A DNA stretch of 64,000 nt from Phycisphaerales bacterium (GCA_965227775.1 OZ245777.1:2784001-2848000); one strand, 5' to 3'; positions 51,709 to 63,491 are shown, numbered from the stretch's first letter. Numbers and translations are program-made. Notes: generated by a model not told the origin, from the sequence alone.

Positions 51709-53880
51709 TCAGTCCATGGCACCCACGCCCAGCGTCCGCAGGACCAGGCTCTTGAGCGGACGGTGCAGCGGCGTTCGCTTGAACGCCGAGTTGATGCGAT
51801 CGATCGCTTGGTACCGCGGATTGCGAAGGTACACCGACTCGTGCTGCCTCAGTTCACCGGCCAGGATGCGGAGCGCCACGTCTGGGCGCGCTGCGAGCGC
51901 CGGGTGGCGCTGCGTGATGAGCGCCCGGAATCGAATCAGGTTTGGCTCACCGATTTCGTGACGCATCGACTCCTCTCGCTGGCGGTAGTAGATCAGCCGC
52001 TCGGGGATGACCTCGCAGCGGTAGTCGCGGCTGGCCAGCGCACAGTAGAAGTCCCAGTCCTCGTAGCTGGTCAGCCAGGCGTCGTATCCACCGACGTCCT
52101 CGATGGCGTCCTTGTTGATGAGCGCCACGCAGCACGAGCAGACATTGGCCGCGGGCAGCATGTCGCGCTCCAGGCCCAGCGGCAGCCAGACCCACGGGGC
52201 GTCCTCGTGCGTGCCAGGCGGATCGGGGAACGCGGCCACGATCGACGTCACCATCGCCAGCGGCCGGCTCGACTCGCTCGGCTGCTGGGCGGCGTGCACC
52301 GCCTTGGCGACAAACTCGGGGTGCAGCAGGTCGTCGGCATCCAGCGGCACGATCCACTTGGCGCGTGCCGCAGCAACGCCGGCGTTGCGGGCATCGCCAA
52401 GCCCGCCGTTGCGCTTGCGGACAACGCAGACCGACTCATCCCGATCGAGTTGATCGATCATGGCGATGCTGGCGGGATCGGTCGAGCCGTCGTCGACGAC
52501 GATGATCTCGGTGTTGGCGTGCGTCTGGGCCTTGGCGCTCTCAAGCGTCTGCGGCAACCAGCGGGCCATGTTGTAGAACGGGATGATGATCGAGGCATCG
52601 GGCGTGGTCGAGCCGTTGCTCGCAACTCGAGCGTCCGCGTACTCGGTCGTCTTGGCCATGCGTTGACGAGCCGACTCGATCGCTGCGCTCGTCTCACGCA
52701 CGATGCGGCCGGGATCGCACATCGTCGCGACACGCTGTGGCGCCACCGTTCTGACCTTCTCACGGAGTGCCTCGTCGGTGAGCGCCCGGCGGAGGGACTG
52801 CTTCAGACTCTCGATGCTGCCACTCTCGAAGAGCAGGCCGCTGACGCCGTCCTCGATCTGCTCGCTCATGCCGCCGGCGTTCGAGCCGACCACGAGCTTG
52901 CCGAGCGCGAGTGCCTCGAGGCACACATTGGGATAGTTTTCCCACAGCGACGGGAAGCAGCAGGCCGTCGCGCCGCGGATGGCCGGGCCGAGCTCGGCCC
53001 TGGGGCGGGGCGGGTCGAAGCGGAAACGCTCGGCGTGGGCGCGGCTGGCCAGCTTCTCCAGGTGCCGACGCATTGAGTCGCACGCCGGGCCGGTCATGGT
53101 GTCTCCGCCGATGAAGCGGACGTCGAAGTCCATCCCCTCGTCCATCAACTGCTGGGCCGCGCGCACGAGCAAGTGCACGCCCTTGCGGCGCTCGGCACGC
53201 CCGTAGAACAGGATGGTCGGCCGCTCGTACGTCTCGGCCGGACCCTTGCCCAGCTCCTCGACGCTGCCCATGTCGAACGCGTAGGGCACGACGAATCCTA
53301 GCTTTCGATCCTCGGCGACATCGGGGCCGTAACGGGCGCGCACCTTCTCGAGCAGGCTGGTGCAGGGAGACACGAGCGTGTCGGCATCTCGTAAGGCCTG
53401 GCCTTCGATCGCCAGGATCGTCGCCGTCTCACGGTCAAGCATGGCGTCGGCGTTCAGCTCGATGCAGTCGGCCAGCGGCGTGTGCAGGCGGATGGCCATG
53501 ACCGCGCCGTCGTACGAGCCCAGCGTCCGCCGGGACTTGAGCGCCAACCAGCCTTCGCCGCCGAAGTCGGGGAACTCGATGTAGTCGAACCGATGCTTCG
53601 CGTGGAGCTCAGACAGCTTCTCGTGCACGGCCATCGAGTGCTGTTCGAGGTGGCAGCGGAAGCCGTCGAGCGTGCACTGGCCGGCCTCGATATCCACCGC
53701 ATGGAACCGGACGCCCTCGTGGCTCTTGGGCCCATCTTCGAGCATGCTCGGGTGCGGCTCGCTCAACACGTGGACCTCGTGGCCCGCGGCGGCCCAAGCT
53801 CGGGCCATCAGAGAGACGTACACCCCAATCCCGGCACCCCAGAAGGGCGCGACCTCTCGGCTGACAAGGCAGATTCGCAT
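51709..53880 (-). CDS. Fused GT4 + GT2 glycosyltransferase
   Basis: GRAERRKG, PSLWENYPNVCLEA (GT4); IIIPFYN, VDDGSTD, LDADD, EDWDF (GT2). Confidence 0.92.
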   Translation of the reverse strand: MRICLVSREVAPFWGAGIGVYVSLMARAWAAAGHEVHVLSEPHPSMLEDGPKSHEGVRFHAVDIEAGQCTLDGFRCHLEQHSMAVHEKLSELHAKHRFDYIEFPDFGGEGWLALKSRRTLGSYDGAVMAIRLHTPLADCIELNADAMLDRETATILAIEGQALRDADTLVSPCTSLLEKVRARYGPDVAEDRKLGFVVPYAFDMGSVEELGKGPAETYERPTILFYGRAERRKGVHLLVRAAQQLMDEGMDFDVRFIGGDTMTGPACDSMRRHLEKLASRAHAERFRFDPPRPRAELGPAIRGATACCFPSLWENYPNVCLEALALGKLVVGSNAGGMSEQIEDGVSGLLFESGSIESLKQSLRRALTDEALREKVRTVAPQRVATMCDPGRIVRETSAAIESARQRMAKTTEYADARVASNGSTTPDASIIIPFYNMARWLPQTLESAKAQTHANTEIIVVDDGSTDPASIAMIDQLDRDESVCVVRKRNGGLGDARNAGVAAARAKWIVPLDADDLLHPEFVAKAVHAAQQPSESSRPLAMVTSIVAAFPDPPGTHEDAPWVWLPLGLERDMLPAANVCSCCVALINKDAIEDVGGYDAWLTSYEDWDFYCALASRDYRCEVIPERLIYYRQREESMRHEIGEPNLIRFRALITQRHPALAARPDVALRILAGELRQHESVYLRNPRYQAIDRINSAFKRTPLHRPLKSLVLRTLGVGAMD

Positions 53881-54057
53881 GCGGCGGTGGCTCTCGCGGG
53901 TCGGGGGGGGTCGCGATGATCGGGCAGGCTCGACGCGGGACACCCCATCGTAGCTCGCAGCCCCGCCAAAGCCCCACCAGCGGCGTCTATCATCGCTCGC
54001 TCGGAGGGCCAGCAGAGCCCTCTCGAGCGAGCTTGCCACGACCCACGCGGAGCACCC

Positions 54058-55347
54058 ATGCCGTACACCATGCGACCGGACGAGGGCTACGGCCTGGACG
54101 TCGAATCTACCGGCTACCTGGCCGATCGCCCCGACACAGGCGACCGCTGGACGCTCAACTTCGGCCCCCAGCACCCCGCAACCCACACCACCCTCCGCCT
54201 CGTCCTCGAGCTTGACGGCGAGCGCGTTGCCCGCTGCACGCCGCACATCGGCTACCTCCACAGCGGCTTCGAAAAGCTGGGTGAGGCCCTGGACTACAAC
54301 CAATACGTGACCATCGTGTCGCGGATGAACTACCTGAGCCCCATAGCCAACGACATCGCGTGGCACAACGCCGTCGAGACGCTCTTTGGTATCGAGATCA
54401 CGCCCCGCTGCAAGGTGCTCCGCACGATCCTCGCCGAGCTAGCCCGCATCCAAGACCACTTGCTGTGTGTGGGCGCTGCGGCCCTTGACCTCGGGGCCAT
54501 CACCGGCTTCCTGTACAGCTTCAACCCGCGCGAGAAGATCTACGACATCATGGACTATGTCAGCGGCCAGCGGTACCACCCCGACTGGACGCGCGTGGGT
54601 GGCGCCATGCAGGACCTCCCCGACGAGGAGGTCTTCAAGCGCATGGTCAAGGCCTTCTGCCACGAGGACTGCCTCGTCGCCATCAAGGACCTGGAGACCC
54701 TCGTCGAGCGCAACCGCATCTTCATGGACCGCACCCGCGACATCGGCATCCTGAGCAAGGAAGACGCCATCGCGTGGAGCATCTCCGGCCCCATGGCCCG
54801 CTCGTCTGGCGTCGCGCGCGACCTCAGGAAGGACGCCCCCTACCTCTGCTTTGCCGACAACTGGGACGGCCAGGGCGCCGAGGCCGTCCGCTTCCAGGTG
54901 CCCGTCGCCGACCAGGGCGACGTCTACACCCGCTTCCTCGTGCGCGTCGAAGAGATCAAGCAAAGCGTCAAGATCATCGATCAGCTCATCGACAACATTC
55001 CGGGCGGCCCGCTCGACGCGTTCACCGACTCGAAGATGGTCAAACCGCCCAAGAACGAGGTGTACGGGTCGATCGAGGGCCTCATCCAGCACTTCGAGCT
55101 CATCATGAGCAACCGCGGGTGGAAGCCGCCGGTTGCCGAGGCCTACGCCGCTCAGGAGACGGCCAACGGCGAACTCGGCTACTTCATCGTAAGCGACGGC
55201 GGCCCCCGCCCCTGGCGCGCGCGCACCCGCCCGCCGACCTTTATGAACTACCAGATCATGGCGCTGATGACCGAGGGGCACATGCTGGCGGACGTGGTGG
55301 CGATTCTGGGCAGCATCAACGTGGTGGCGGCGGAACTCGATCGTTAG
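54058..55347 (+). CDS. nuoD: NADH-quinone oxidoreductase subunit D
   Basis: LNFGPQHPATH, IGYLHSGFEK, GELG, C-terminal ELDR. Confidence 0.95.
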   Translation: MPYTMRPDEGYGLDVESTGYLADRPDTGDRWTLNFGPQHPATHTTLRLVLELDGERVARCTPHIGYLHSGFEKLGEALDYNQYVTIVSRMNYLSPIANDIAWHNAVETLFGIEITPRCKVLRTILAELARIQDHLLCVGAAALDLGAITGFLYSFNPREKIYDIMDYVSGQRYHPDWTRVGGAMQDLPDEEVFKRMVKAFCHEDCLVAIKDLETLVERNRIFMDRTRDIGILSKEDAIAWSISGPMARSSGVARDLRKDAPYLCFADNWDGQGAEAVRFQVPVADQGDVYTRFLVRVEEIKQSVKIIDQLIDNIPGGPLDAFTDSKMVKPPKNEVYGSIEGLIQHFELIMSNRGWKPPVAEAYAAQETANGELGYFIVSDGGPRPWRARTRPPTFMNYQIMALMTEGHMLADVVAILGSINVVAAELDR

Positions 55348-55385
55348 TCCGGACCACGCGGCCCACGACCGTCGAGGGACAAACC

Positions 55386-56627
55386 ATGCCCCTGGTCCGA
55401 ATACCCCCAGCCATCTGCCTCGTACTCATCCTCTCAGCGCTGCTTCCCGGCTGCGTTTCTCATCGCCTGTACAACGATGAGCCCCACGAGTACATCCGGA
55501 CCATATCCATCGAAGGCGAGTCAGCCGACAACATCGAGTTCGACCTTGCCATCATCGAATTCGATGATTCCGGCACGTTCTGGAAGCGTGAGCAGCTTGA
55601 GGACACCGTCGCGCTGATCCAGCGACGCAACGCCGAGTCTCTCGATGGCGTGATCGTCGTCCCGTTCGTGCACGGCTGGAAGAACAACGCCGACCCCGAC
55701 CTGCCCGATGGCGACCTGGCACAGTTCGAGGGCCGACTGGCTGGGATTGCTCGGACCCGGCTCGGTGCCGACGGCGCGCCCCCCAGGCTCATCGGTGTCT
55801 TTCTGGGCTGGCGCGGCGCAACTTCGCGCATCTGGCTGCAGGAGCAGCTGACGTTCTGGGATCGCCGCCAGGCCGCCGAGCGCATGGCCTCGCTGAACAT
55901 GCGCGAGGCGATGTTTCGCATCATGCGCGCGACCGGTGAGAACGAACGCTCGAAGTGCTTCATCGTCGGGCACTCAATGGGCGGTCTCATCGTGGGCAAG
56001 ACGCTGTCGCCTTCGGTCACCACGCTGCTGCTCTCCTACGGCAGCGAGGGCGTGCGCATGCCCGCCGCCCTGGTGCTCCTTCAGAACCCCGCCCTCGAGG
56101 CCCTCGCTTCGTGGCAGTTCATCGACTTCCTGAAGCGATCGGGGGCCCGCGTCGAGTTGCGACTGCCCGACGGTTCATCGGTCGATGCCCCGGGCCCGCT
56201 GATGGTCTCGTTCACCTCCGAGGCCGACACCGCCACCGGACTCTCGTACCCACTGGGGCGTCGGGTGTCGACGTTACTTGACAAGTTCCAGCCCGACTTC
56301 CGGACCGATGAGGATCCGCCGCGTCCGAGCCAGCGCTACCTCGCTACGCACGCCGAGGGGCACGTGGACTACCTGGTTAGCCACCGCGCGTGGGTCGATG
56401 AATCGGGCGAGGTCGTGCTGGAAGCGGTGCCGGGCGCGTGGAATGACACGCCGTACTGGGTGATTCGTGTGAGCCAGGACATCTCGGCGAACCACAGCGA
56501 CATCAGCAATCCGCGGCTCGCCGCGCTGATGGATCGCATCATCGATCTCAACCGCATTTATGAGTCGGGCGTGCAGACCTGGATGCTGACGGGCGACAGA
56601 GCGGCTGAAGGCAAGCCGGGCGGCTGA
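55386..56627 (+). CDS. Lipoprotein with alpha/beta hydrolase fold
   Basis: Lipobox LPGC; IIEFDD, FVHGWKNNA, GHSMGG. Confidence 0.82.
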   Translation: MPLVRIPPAICLVLILSALLPGCVSHRLYNDEPHEYIRTISIEGESADNIEFDLAIIEFDDSGTFWKREQLEDTVALIQRRNAESLDGVIVVPFVHGWKNNADPDLPDGDLAQFEGRLAGIARTRLGADGAPPRLIGVFLGWRGATSRIWLQEQLTFWDRRQAAERMASLNMREAMFRIMRATGENERSKCFIVGHSMGGLIVGKTLSPSVTTLLLSYGSEGVRMPAALVLLQNPALEALASWQFIDFLKRSGARVELRLPDGSSVDAPGPLMVSFTSEADTATGLSYPLGRRVSTLLDKFQPDFRTDEDPPRPSQRYLATHAEGHVDYLVSHRAWVDESGEVVLEAVPGAWNDTPYWVIRVSQDISANHSDISNPRLAALMDRIIDLNRIYESGVQTWMLTGDRAAEGKPGG

Positions 56628-56764
56628 GCCCCCGCTGCCGGAGGCCCACGCGCTCGCGTCGTCGCGCAGTTTGTTGGTCGTTTGAGCCGCTTTCTGCTCG
56701 CCGCTCGTCATATCCGTCGAGTCTTCGAGGACAGCGCAAGAACCACGGATGATGGGCCCATTCC

Positions 56765-57529
56765 CTAGGACGTCATCCCCGCCATCGCCTCGTTCAGACC
56801 CTCGAACGTCGGTGTGTACGCCCCACGCTCGGCCGCGAACCGCAGCGGCTCGCAGTGGCCGACGACGATCTCTCCCGACTCTGGCTGCGACTCGATGATC
56901 TCCATCGCCTCGGCGATGAACGCGTCCAGCGGCATCGCACGGGGGTCGTTGGCCTGGGTCTCGCCGGTCAGGTGAGTCTGCACGTATGGCGGGGCCAGTT
57001 CGATCACCTCGACGCTCGAACCGCGCAGCTGGTAGCGCAGCGACTCGGTGTATGAGTGCAGCGCCGCCTTCGTCGCCGAGTAGGTCGGCGCGTTGGCCAG
57101 CGGCACAAACGCCAGGCCGCTGGTGACGTTCATGATGGCCGACTTCTCCTGCTTGCGCAGCGTCGGCAGCAGCGCGTCGATCATGCGGATCGGTCCGAGC
57201 AGGTTGGTTGTGATCGCCTCTTCGGCGGCCTGCGTGCCGCCGGTCTCGAAACTCTCCCAGCCCATGATGCCCGCGTTGTTGATCAGGACGTTGACGCCAG
57301 GATGCTCGGTCACCAACTGGTCTGCGAACCTGCGGATGTCCGCGGGGTCGGCCACGTCAAGGGGCATGGCCTCCATGCCCGGGTTGGCCGCGACGGTTCC
57401 CTCGAGCCGCTCGCGCGACCGCCCGGAGATGATGACGCGGTTGCCCAGGCGGTGGAACGCCTCGGCCAGCCCCCGGCCGATGCCCGAGCCGCCTCCGGTG
57501 ATGAGGATGGTGTTACCTTTGGTGTTCAT
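56765..57529 (-). CDS. Short-chain dehydrogenase/reductase (DltE-like)
   Basis: TGGGSGIG, NNAG, YSATK. Confidence 0.93.
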   Translation of the reverse strand: MNTKGNTILITGGGSGIGRGLAEAFHRLGNRVIISGRSRERLEGTVAANPGMEAMPLDVADPADIRRFADQLVTEHPGVNVLINNAGIMGWESFETGGTQAAEEAITTNLLGPIRMIDALLPTLRKQEKSAIMNVTSGLAFVPLANAPTYSATKAALHSYTESLRYQLRGSSVEVIELAPPYVQTHLTGETQANDPRAMPLDAFIAEAMEIIESQPESGEIVVGHCEPLRFAAERGAYTPTFEGLNEAMAGMTS

Positions 57530-57774
57530 CGTGCGTGCTCCGTGTGCCGTTTCGTCTTTCCACGCTAGGAGTGGCTGCGAAAACATCGCACACTCGCACG
57601 ACCCGGAGTTCCCCTCGCAGTACGCCAGGGCCGCCCTGCGCCGCGTCTGCAACGCGCTCGAACCGCGCCCGTGCCAACAATCTGGGCCGGAGGCGCGCCA
57701 TCAAGCCCATCGGACCCGGCGAGACTGTCTGCCGCTCTGCACGCTCGACCTGGCGGTTCGCCCGGCGGCGACCT

Positions 57775-58290
57775 GTGCTCGCCGCGTGGCTGTGCATCGT
57801 GCTCGTCGCGTCGATCGGCCCATTCCTCGTCTTTGGGCTCGCGTACGAACCCGGCGGACACGGCGCGTGGGTCGCCAGCGGCGGCGGAGTGTACCGCTGG
57901 TCGATCGACCGCACGCTGGGCGCGCAAATTGGCGAGCCACACAGCACCCTGCGATGGGGACCGTCGACCACCAACTGGTCGAACTTCGCCTCCAATCGGC
58001 TCAATCTGTCGTACGTCCGGCCATCGACGACGGCATGGGTCATCGGCGCCCCGCCGTGGACGTTCCTGCTCGCTCCGACGCTGCTCGTCCTGGGCGCGCG
58101 ACGCGTCCGGCGGTTGCTCCAACACCGCCGGATGCGCCGCGAACGCAGGCTCGGTCGCACCCCCTGCCCCGCGTGCGGCTACGACGTGACCGGGCTGGCG
58201 ACGTGCCCCGAGTGCGGCGCGCGCAATGATGCTGCGGAGGCCTCGCAATGCCCCGAGCCCGAAGACACCCCCGCCAGCGACTCTCCTTGA
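57775..58290 (+). CDS. Two-TM protein with C-terminal Zn ribbon (paralog 1; start uncertain)
   Basis: LAAWL..VASIGPF, PPWT.LL.PTLLV, LGRTPCPACGYD..GL..CPECG. Confidence 0.7.
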   Translation: MLAAWLCIVLVASIGPFLVFGLAYEPGGHGAWVASGGGVYRWSIDRTLGAQIGEPHSTLRWGPSTTNWSNFASNRLNLSYVRPSTTAWVIGAPPWTFLLAPTLLVLGARRVRRLLQHRRMRRERRLGRTPCPACGYDVTGLATCPECGARNDAAEASQCPEPEDTPASDSP

Positions 58291-58775
58291 TCGCCCGCAT
58301 CGCGCTCGCCGCGTGGCTGGTGTTCGTGGTGGTCGCGTCGGTCGGGCCGTTCCTGATCCACGCGGGATTCATCACGATCATCGGAGACCCAACGACTTCA
58401 CAGACGATCGACGTGTTTGTGGACGATGGCTCGATCGATATCTTGGGGCCGGGATGGCGAGGCCTGATCAATGGCTATGACTACGCACCATACTTCCAGT
58501 GGCGTCCCAGCGCACGCGAGTGGATCACGTTCGATCGCTTCGGTTGGCCATGGGAACGCTTGTTCTGGAGTATCGAGTTCCCGCCGTGGACGGTCCTGCT
58601 CGTTCCCACGCTTCTGGTCTTCACCGCACACCGCGTGCTGCGCTACCGCGCTCGCCGCAAGCCCACAAAGCTCGGGCGGACGCCCTGCCCCGCCTGCGGC
58701 TACGACGCGACGGGGCTTTCGGCCTGTCCAGAATGCGGCACCGAGATGGAACGCCCAACGCAGCCCGCACCATGA
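58287..58775 (+). CDS. Two-TM protein with C-terminal Zn ribbon (paralog 2; TTG start coupled to upstream stop, or ATG at 58248)
   Basis: Same motifs as paralog 1. Confidence 0.75.
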   Translation: MIARIALAAWLVFVVVASVGPFLIHAGFITIIGDPTTSQTIDVFVDDGSIDILGPGWRGLINGYDYAPYFQWRPSAREWITFDRFGWPWERLFWSIEFPPWTVLLVPTLLVFTAHRVLRYRARRKPTKLGRTPCPACGYDATGLSACPECGTEMERPTQPAP

Positions 58776-58827
58776 ACCCTCGCTCATCGCGTCCCCGCCG
58801 ACTGGCGACGCTCCGTAGCCTTGCACG

Positions 58828-59202
58828 ATGCCCGTGAAGAACGCCCAGAGCGCCGCCCGCGCCCTCGAGCGCGTCCGCACCGTCTCGAGCTGGATAGACA
58901 CGCGCTATCGCGTGCCGGGGACGTCGTTCCAGTTCGGCCTCGACCCCATCATCAGCCTCGTGCCGGTCGTTGGCGACACGGCCTCGCTCCTCATCAGCCT
59001 GTACCCGATCCTGGAGGCCGGCCGTGCGGGCGTGCGGCGGCGGGTGCTCGTGAAGATGCTCGCGAACCTGGGGCTCGACTGCCTGGTCGGGCTGGTCCCC
59101 GTGATCGGTGTGATCCCCGACGCGTGGTACAAGGCGAACACGCGGAACCTGAGACTGCTCGAGAAGGAACTCGATCCAGCAGCGCATACGGTTACGTCAT
59201 GA
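58828..59202 (+). CDS. DUF4112-like protein
   Basis: D..YRVPG..FGLDPIISLVPVVGD, N..LD..VG.VPVIG..D..YKAN.RN. Confidence 0.85.
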   Translation: MPVKNAQSAARALERVRTVSSWIDTRYRVPGTSFQFGLDPIISLVPVVGDTASLLISLYPILEAGRAGVRRRVLVKMLANLGLDCLVGLVPVIGVIPDAWYKANTRNLRLLEKELDPAAHTVTS

Positions 59203-59960
59203 GCACTCGGCGACCCTTCATCGGCGGCAACTGGAAGATGAACACGACCCGGGGCCAGGCCCTCGAGCTGGCCGCCGACGTCGGCCGTGCGGTGCGCGAC
59301 AGCGGGGCGCAGGTCGCCATCTACCCGCCCTTCGTGTGGCTCGAGACCATCCGCTCGAGCGTGGGCGCGACCGGGCTGCTGCTGGGCGCCCAGGACTGCT
59401 CGCCCCACGGCAACGGGGCGTTCACCGGCGATGTCTCGCTCGAGATGCTCAAGGAGTGCGGCGTGAGCACCGTGCTCATCGGCCACAGCGAGCGGCGGCA
59501 CGGCCTCGAGGAACCCGAGGAGCGCATCGCCGCGAAGCTCAAGGCCGTGCTGGGCGCGGGGCTGACGGCCGTCCTGTGCATCGGCGAAACGCTCAAGGAG
59601 CGCGACGCCGGCCGGACCGACGAGGTGAACGAGGCGCAGCTCCGCTCGGCGCTCGCGGGCACGAACATCGTCCGCAACGATCTGCTGGTCATCGCCTACG
59701 AGCCCGTCTGGGCCATCGGCACCGGCAAGACCGCGAGCGCCGCCGACGCCCAGGCCGCCCACGAGCGCATCCGGTCGGTGCTCGGCACCGTGCTTGGCGG
59801 CAATGCAGCGAGTGCGATCCGAGTCATCTACGGCGGCTCGATGAAGCCGGGCAACGCCGAAGAACTGATGGGCCAGCCCGACGTCGACGGCGGCCTCATC
59901 GGCGGCGCGTCCCTGAAGGCCGAGGACTTCCTCGCCATCGTCAACGCCGCCAAGGCATAA
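59199..59960 (+). CDS. tpiA: Triosephosphate isomerase
   Basis: GNWKMN, GHSERR, AYEPVWAIGTG, YGGS, DGGLIGGASL. Confidence 0.97.
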   Translation: MSTRRPFIGGNWKMNTTRGQALELAADVGRAVRDSGAQVAIYPPFVWLETIRSSVGATGLLLGAQDCSPHGNGAFTGDVSLEMLKECGVSTVLIGHSERRHGLEEPEERIAAKLKAVLGAGLTAVLCIGETLKERDAGRTDEVNEAQLRSALAGTNIVRNDLLVIAYEPVWAIGTGKTASAADAQAAHERIRSVLGTVLGGNAASAIRVIYGGSMKPGNAEELMGQPDVDGGLIGGASLKAEDFLAIVNAAKA

Positions 59961-59961
59961 G

Positions 59962-59985
59962 AAAACCGCGTGCTCTCGCACGCGG
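59962..59985 (-). terminator. Probable intrinsic terminator for ahcY (possibly bidirectional)
   Basis: AAAA-CCGCGTGC-TCTC-GCACGCGG between convergent genes. Confidence 0.6.
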
Positions 59986-60067
59986 CTCCTGAGATCAGTC
60001 ACGCCAGCGGTTCAATGCGTCGGGCGCAAGCCCGCGAACGGCCCCGCCGGCGAGGCGTCAAGACGAC

Positions 60068-61558
<1,491 letters not shown>

Positions 61559-61663
61559 GTGTTCGTTCCTCTTCCTTGCCAATTTGGCTTCAGTTCAGTT
61601 TCGATGTTTGTTGTGGTTTCCACACGCCCCTCATTACTCCGGGGCCAATTCTTCATTAGTTCG

Positions 61664-62623
61664 TCATGTCTGCTTCTGTCGGAGACGTGCCGTCGCAGCG
61701 AACACCTCCGGTCCTCGTGCGACAGGCGAGCTTCGCAGCGTGCGATGCCCCTGGATCACCAGCCCGGCCGCGGATGCCCACCCATCGAGCTGCACGGGCG
61801 AGATGCCGAGCCAGCGATGCCCCATCTCAAGGCGAAACTCCTCCCGAGCGTGCGGCTGCATATCGACGATGAGCACGCGCCCGTGCTGCTTGAGCACACG
61901 CGCTGCCTCTCGAAGCGCAGCTTCGGGGCGCTCCAGGTGGTGCAGCACCAGCCCAAACACGGCCAAGTCGACGCTCGCATCATCGAGTGGCAACCGCTCG
62001 GCATCTCCGAGCACGAGCTCGACGTTCGCTGGCGTTCCCAGCCTCGTACGCGCCGCGTCGAGCATCGTTGGTTCGCGATCGATGCCGATGACACGTGCCG
62101 CGACCGGTGCGAGCATCCCAGTAAACACACCGGTACCGCAACCAATGTCGGCGACCACCATGTCGCTGGGCAAGAGCGATGCGATCGCTTCCCCCGCGTA
62201 CCGCTCGCCGAAGAGCTCGCGGCTGACGTCGTCCCACTCCGCCCCCACCCGGCCGAAGAACGCGGCTGATCCCGGCCTGCGATCGGCGATCACGGCGCGT
62301 AGGCGTCGCATGTCCGCCTCAAGCTCATCTCCGTCCGTCGCCTCGCGGACCTGGCTCCAGACTCCTCGCAACTCTGGTGGAAGGTCATCACTCACGCACC
62401 GGTACAGCGTGGCAGTGCCCGCGGCACGGCGCTGCACCCAGCCGTGTTCAGCCAAGAGCTTCAGCCGGCGACTCACCGTCGATTGCGGGAGTTGCAGAAC
62501 CTGGGCGATCTCGCCGACGGCCAATTCCTCCGCCTCGAGCACACGGAGAATGCGCAGACGCACGGCGTCGGCGATGGCCGAGAGGGCAGCAGCAATGTCA
62601 TGGAGTGTGTCGGCGGTCTTCAT
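61664..62623 (-). CDS. sahR: ArsR-family regulator fused to a SAM-dependent methyltransferase domain (SahR-like)
   Basis: ArsR HTH RLRILRVL..ELAVGEIAQVL..PQSTVSR; DIGCGTG; directly upstream of ahcY. Confidence 0.8.
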   Translation of the reverse strand: MKTADTLHDIAAALSAIADAVRLRILRVLEAEELAVGEIAQVLQLPQSTVSRRLKLLAEHGWVQRRAAGTATLYRCVSDDLPPELRGVWSQVREATDGDELEADMRRLRAVIADRRPGSAAFFGRVGAEWDDVSRELFGERYAGEAIASLLPSDMVVADIGCGTGVFTGMLAPVAARVIGIDREPTMLDAARTRLGTPANVELVLGDAERLPLDDASVDLAVFGLVLHHLERPEAALREAARVLKQHGRVLIVDMQPHAREEFRLEMGHRWLGISPVQLDGWASAAGLVIQGHRTLRSSPVARGPEVFAATARLRQKQT

Positions 62624-62641
62624 CCGTGTATCCGGATGAAG
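62618..62641. promoter_or_regulatory. Palindromic operator candidate overlapping the sahR-like start codon
   Basis: CTTCATCCG-N6-CGGATGAAG, perfect 9-bp arms. Confidence 0.6.
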
Positions 62642-62690
62642 TGTAGAAGACATCGAGGCCGAGGCCAAACCGATGCCCAAAAATCAGTGA

Positions 62691-63428
62691 TTACCCGCGC
62701 GGCTCGGGCTCCGGCGGGGCAGCATCCGGCGCCAGCAGGCCCTCCTCGACCGCCTCACGTGGCACCCGCACGAACGTGCGTCCGGGCGTCTCGCCCAGCG
62801 ATCGGATCCGCTCACTGATCACCGGGTCCGAGTAGTCGAACCACAGGGCCATGGCGTACCGCTGAAGCGCTCGCTCCTCGTCATCGATGCCGTGGTAGAA
62901 CTCGGCCAGCTTCAGTTGCGGCTCCCGGCTTTGCCCGCGATCGACCCGGGCGGCCGCCAGCAGTGCCCGCTCGGCCTCATCGGGATCGCCGATGTCCTCC
63001 GCATACCGGGCAAGGCGGAGGTACTCCTCTACCGTGCCGGGCTGGCGGGTCCGATCGCGGAGCAGCGCGATCAGGCGATCATTCTCGCCCGCACTGAACA
63101 GGGCCTGCACCAACAGATCGAGCTTCTCTTCGTCCATGGGGTCGTCGCGATAGACCCGCTCCAACGGCGTTATCGCGTCGCCGGGCCGCTCCAGGGCGAG
63201 CAGGGCTTTGCCTCGGCCGAGATCGGACGCCAGCGGCACCGGGTACACACGGGCGTACTCCTCCCACTCGGCCAAGGCCTTGGCGTAGTCGCCGCGGTCG
63301 AAGGCGTTGTTGGCCGATTCACGAATCTCGCCGGCGGATCGCTCCTGCTTCGCGCACCCGGCAAGGCCGAGAGCCAGGACTCCGAGGATCAGCAGGACGA
63401 GGACGGCTTTGGTGGAATTGGTCGGCAT
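62691..63428 (-). CDS. TPR lipoprotein
   Basis: Lipobox LAGC; TPR-like helices. Confidence 0.8.
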   Translation of the reverse strand: MPTNSTKAVLVLLILGVLALGLAGCAKQERSAGEIRESANNAFDRGDYAKALAEWEEYARVYPVPLASDLGRGKALLALERPGDAITPLERVYRDDPMDEEKLDLLVQALFSAGENDRLIALLRDRTRQPGTVEEYLRLARYAEDIGDPDEAERALLAAARVDRGQSREPQLKLAEFYHGIDDEERALQRYAMALWFDYSDPVISERIRSLGETPGRTFVRVPREAVEEGLLAPDAAPPEPEPRG

Positions 63429-63491
63429 AGGAGCGATTATCGGCGCTCCAACTGGCACTTGGCTACCCCCGCCGCCAACGATTCGCTCGGT

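Noticed and set aside
61559..61663. SAH riboswitch upstream of ahcY
   Set aside because: The AT-rich spacer lacks recognisable SAH riboswitch elements, and a SahR-like regulator sits directly upstream
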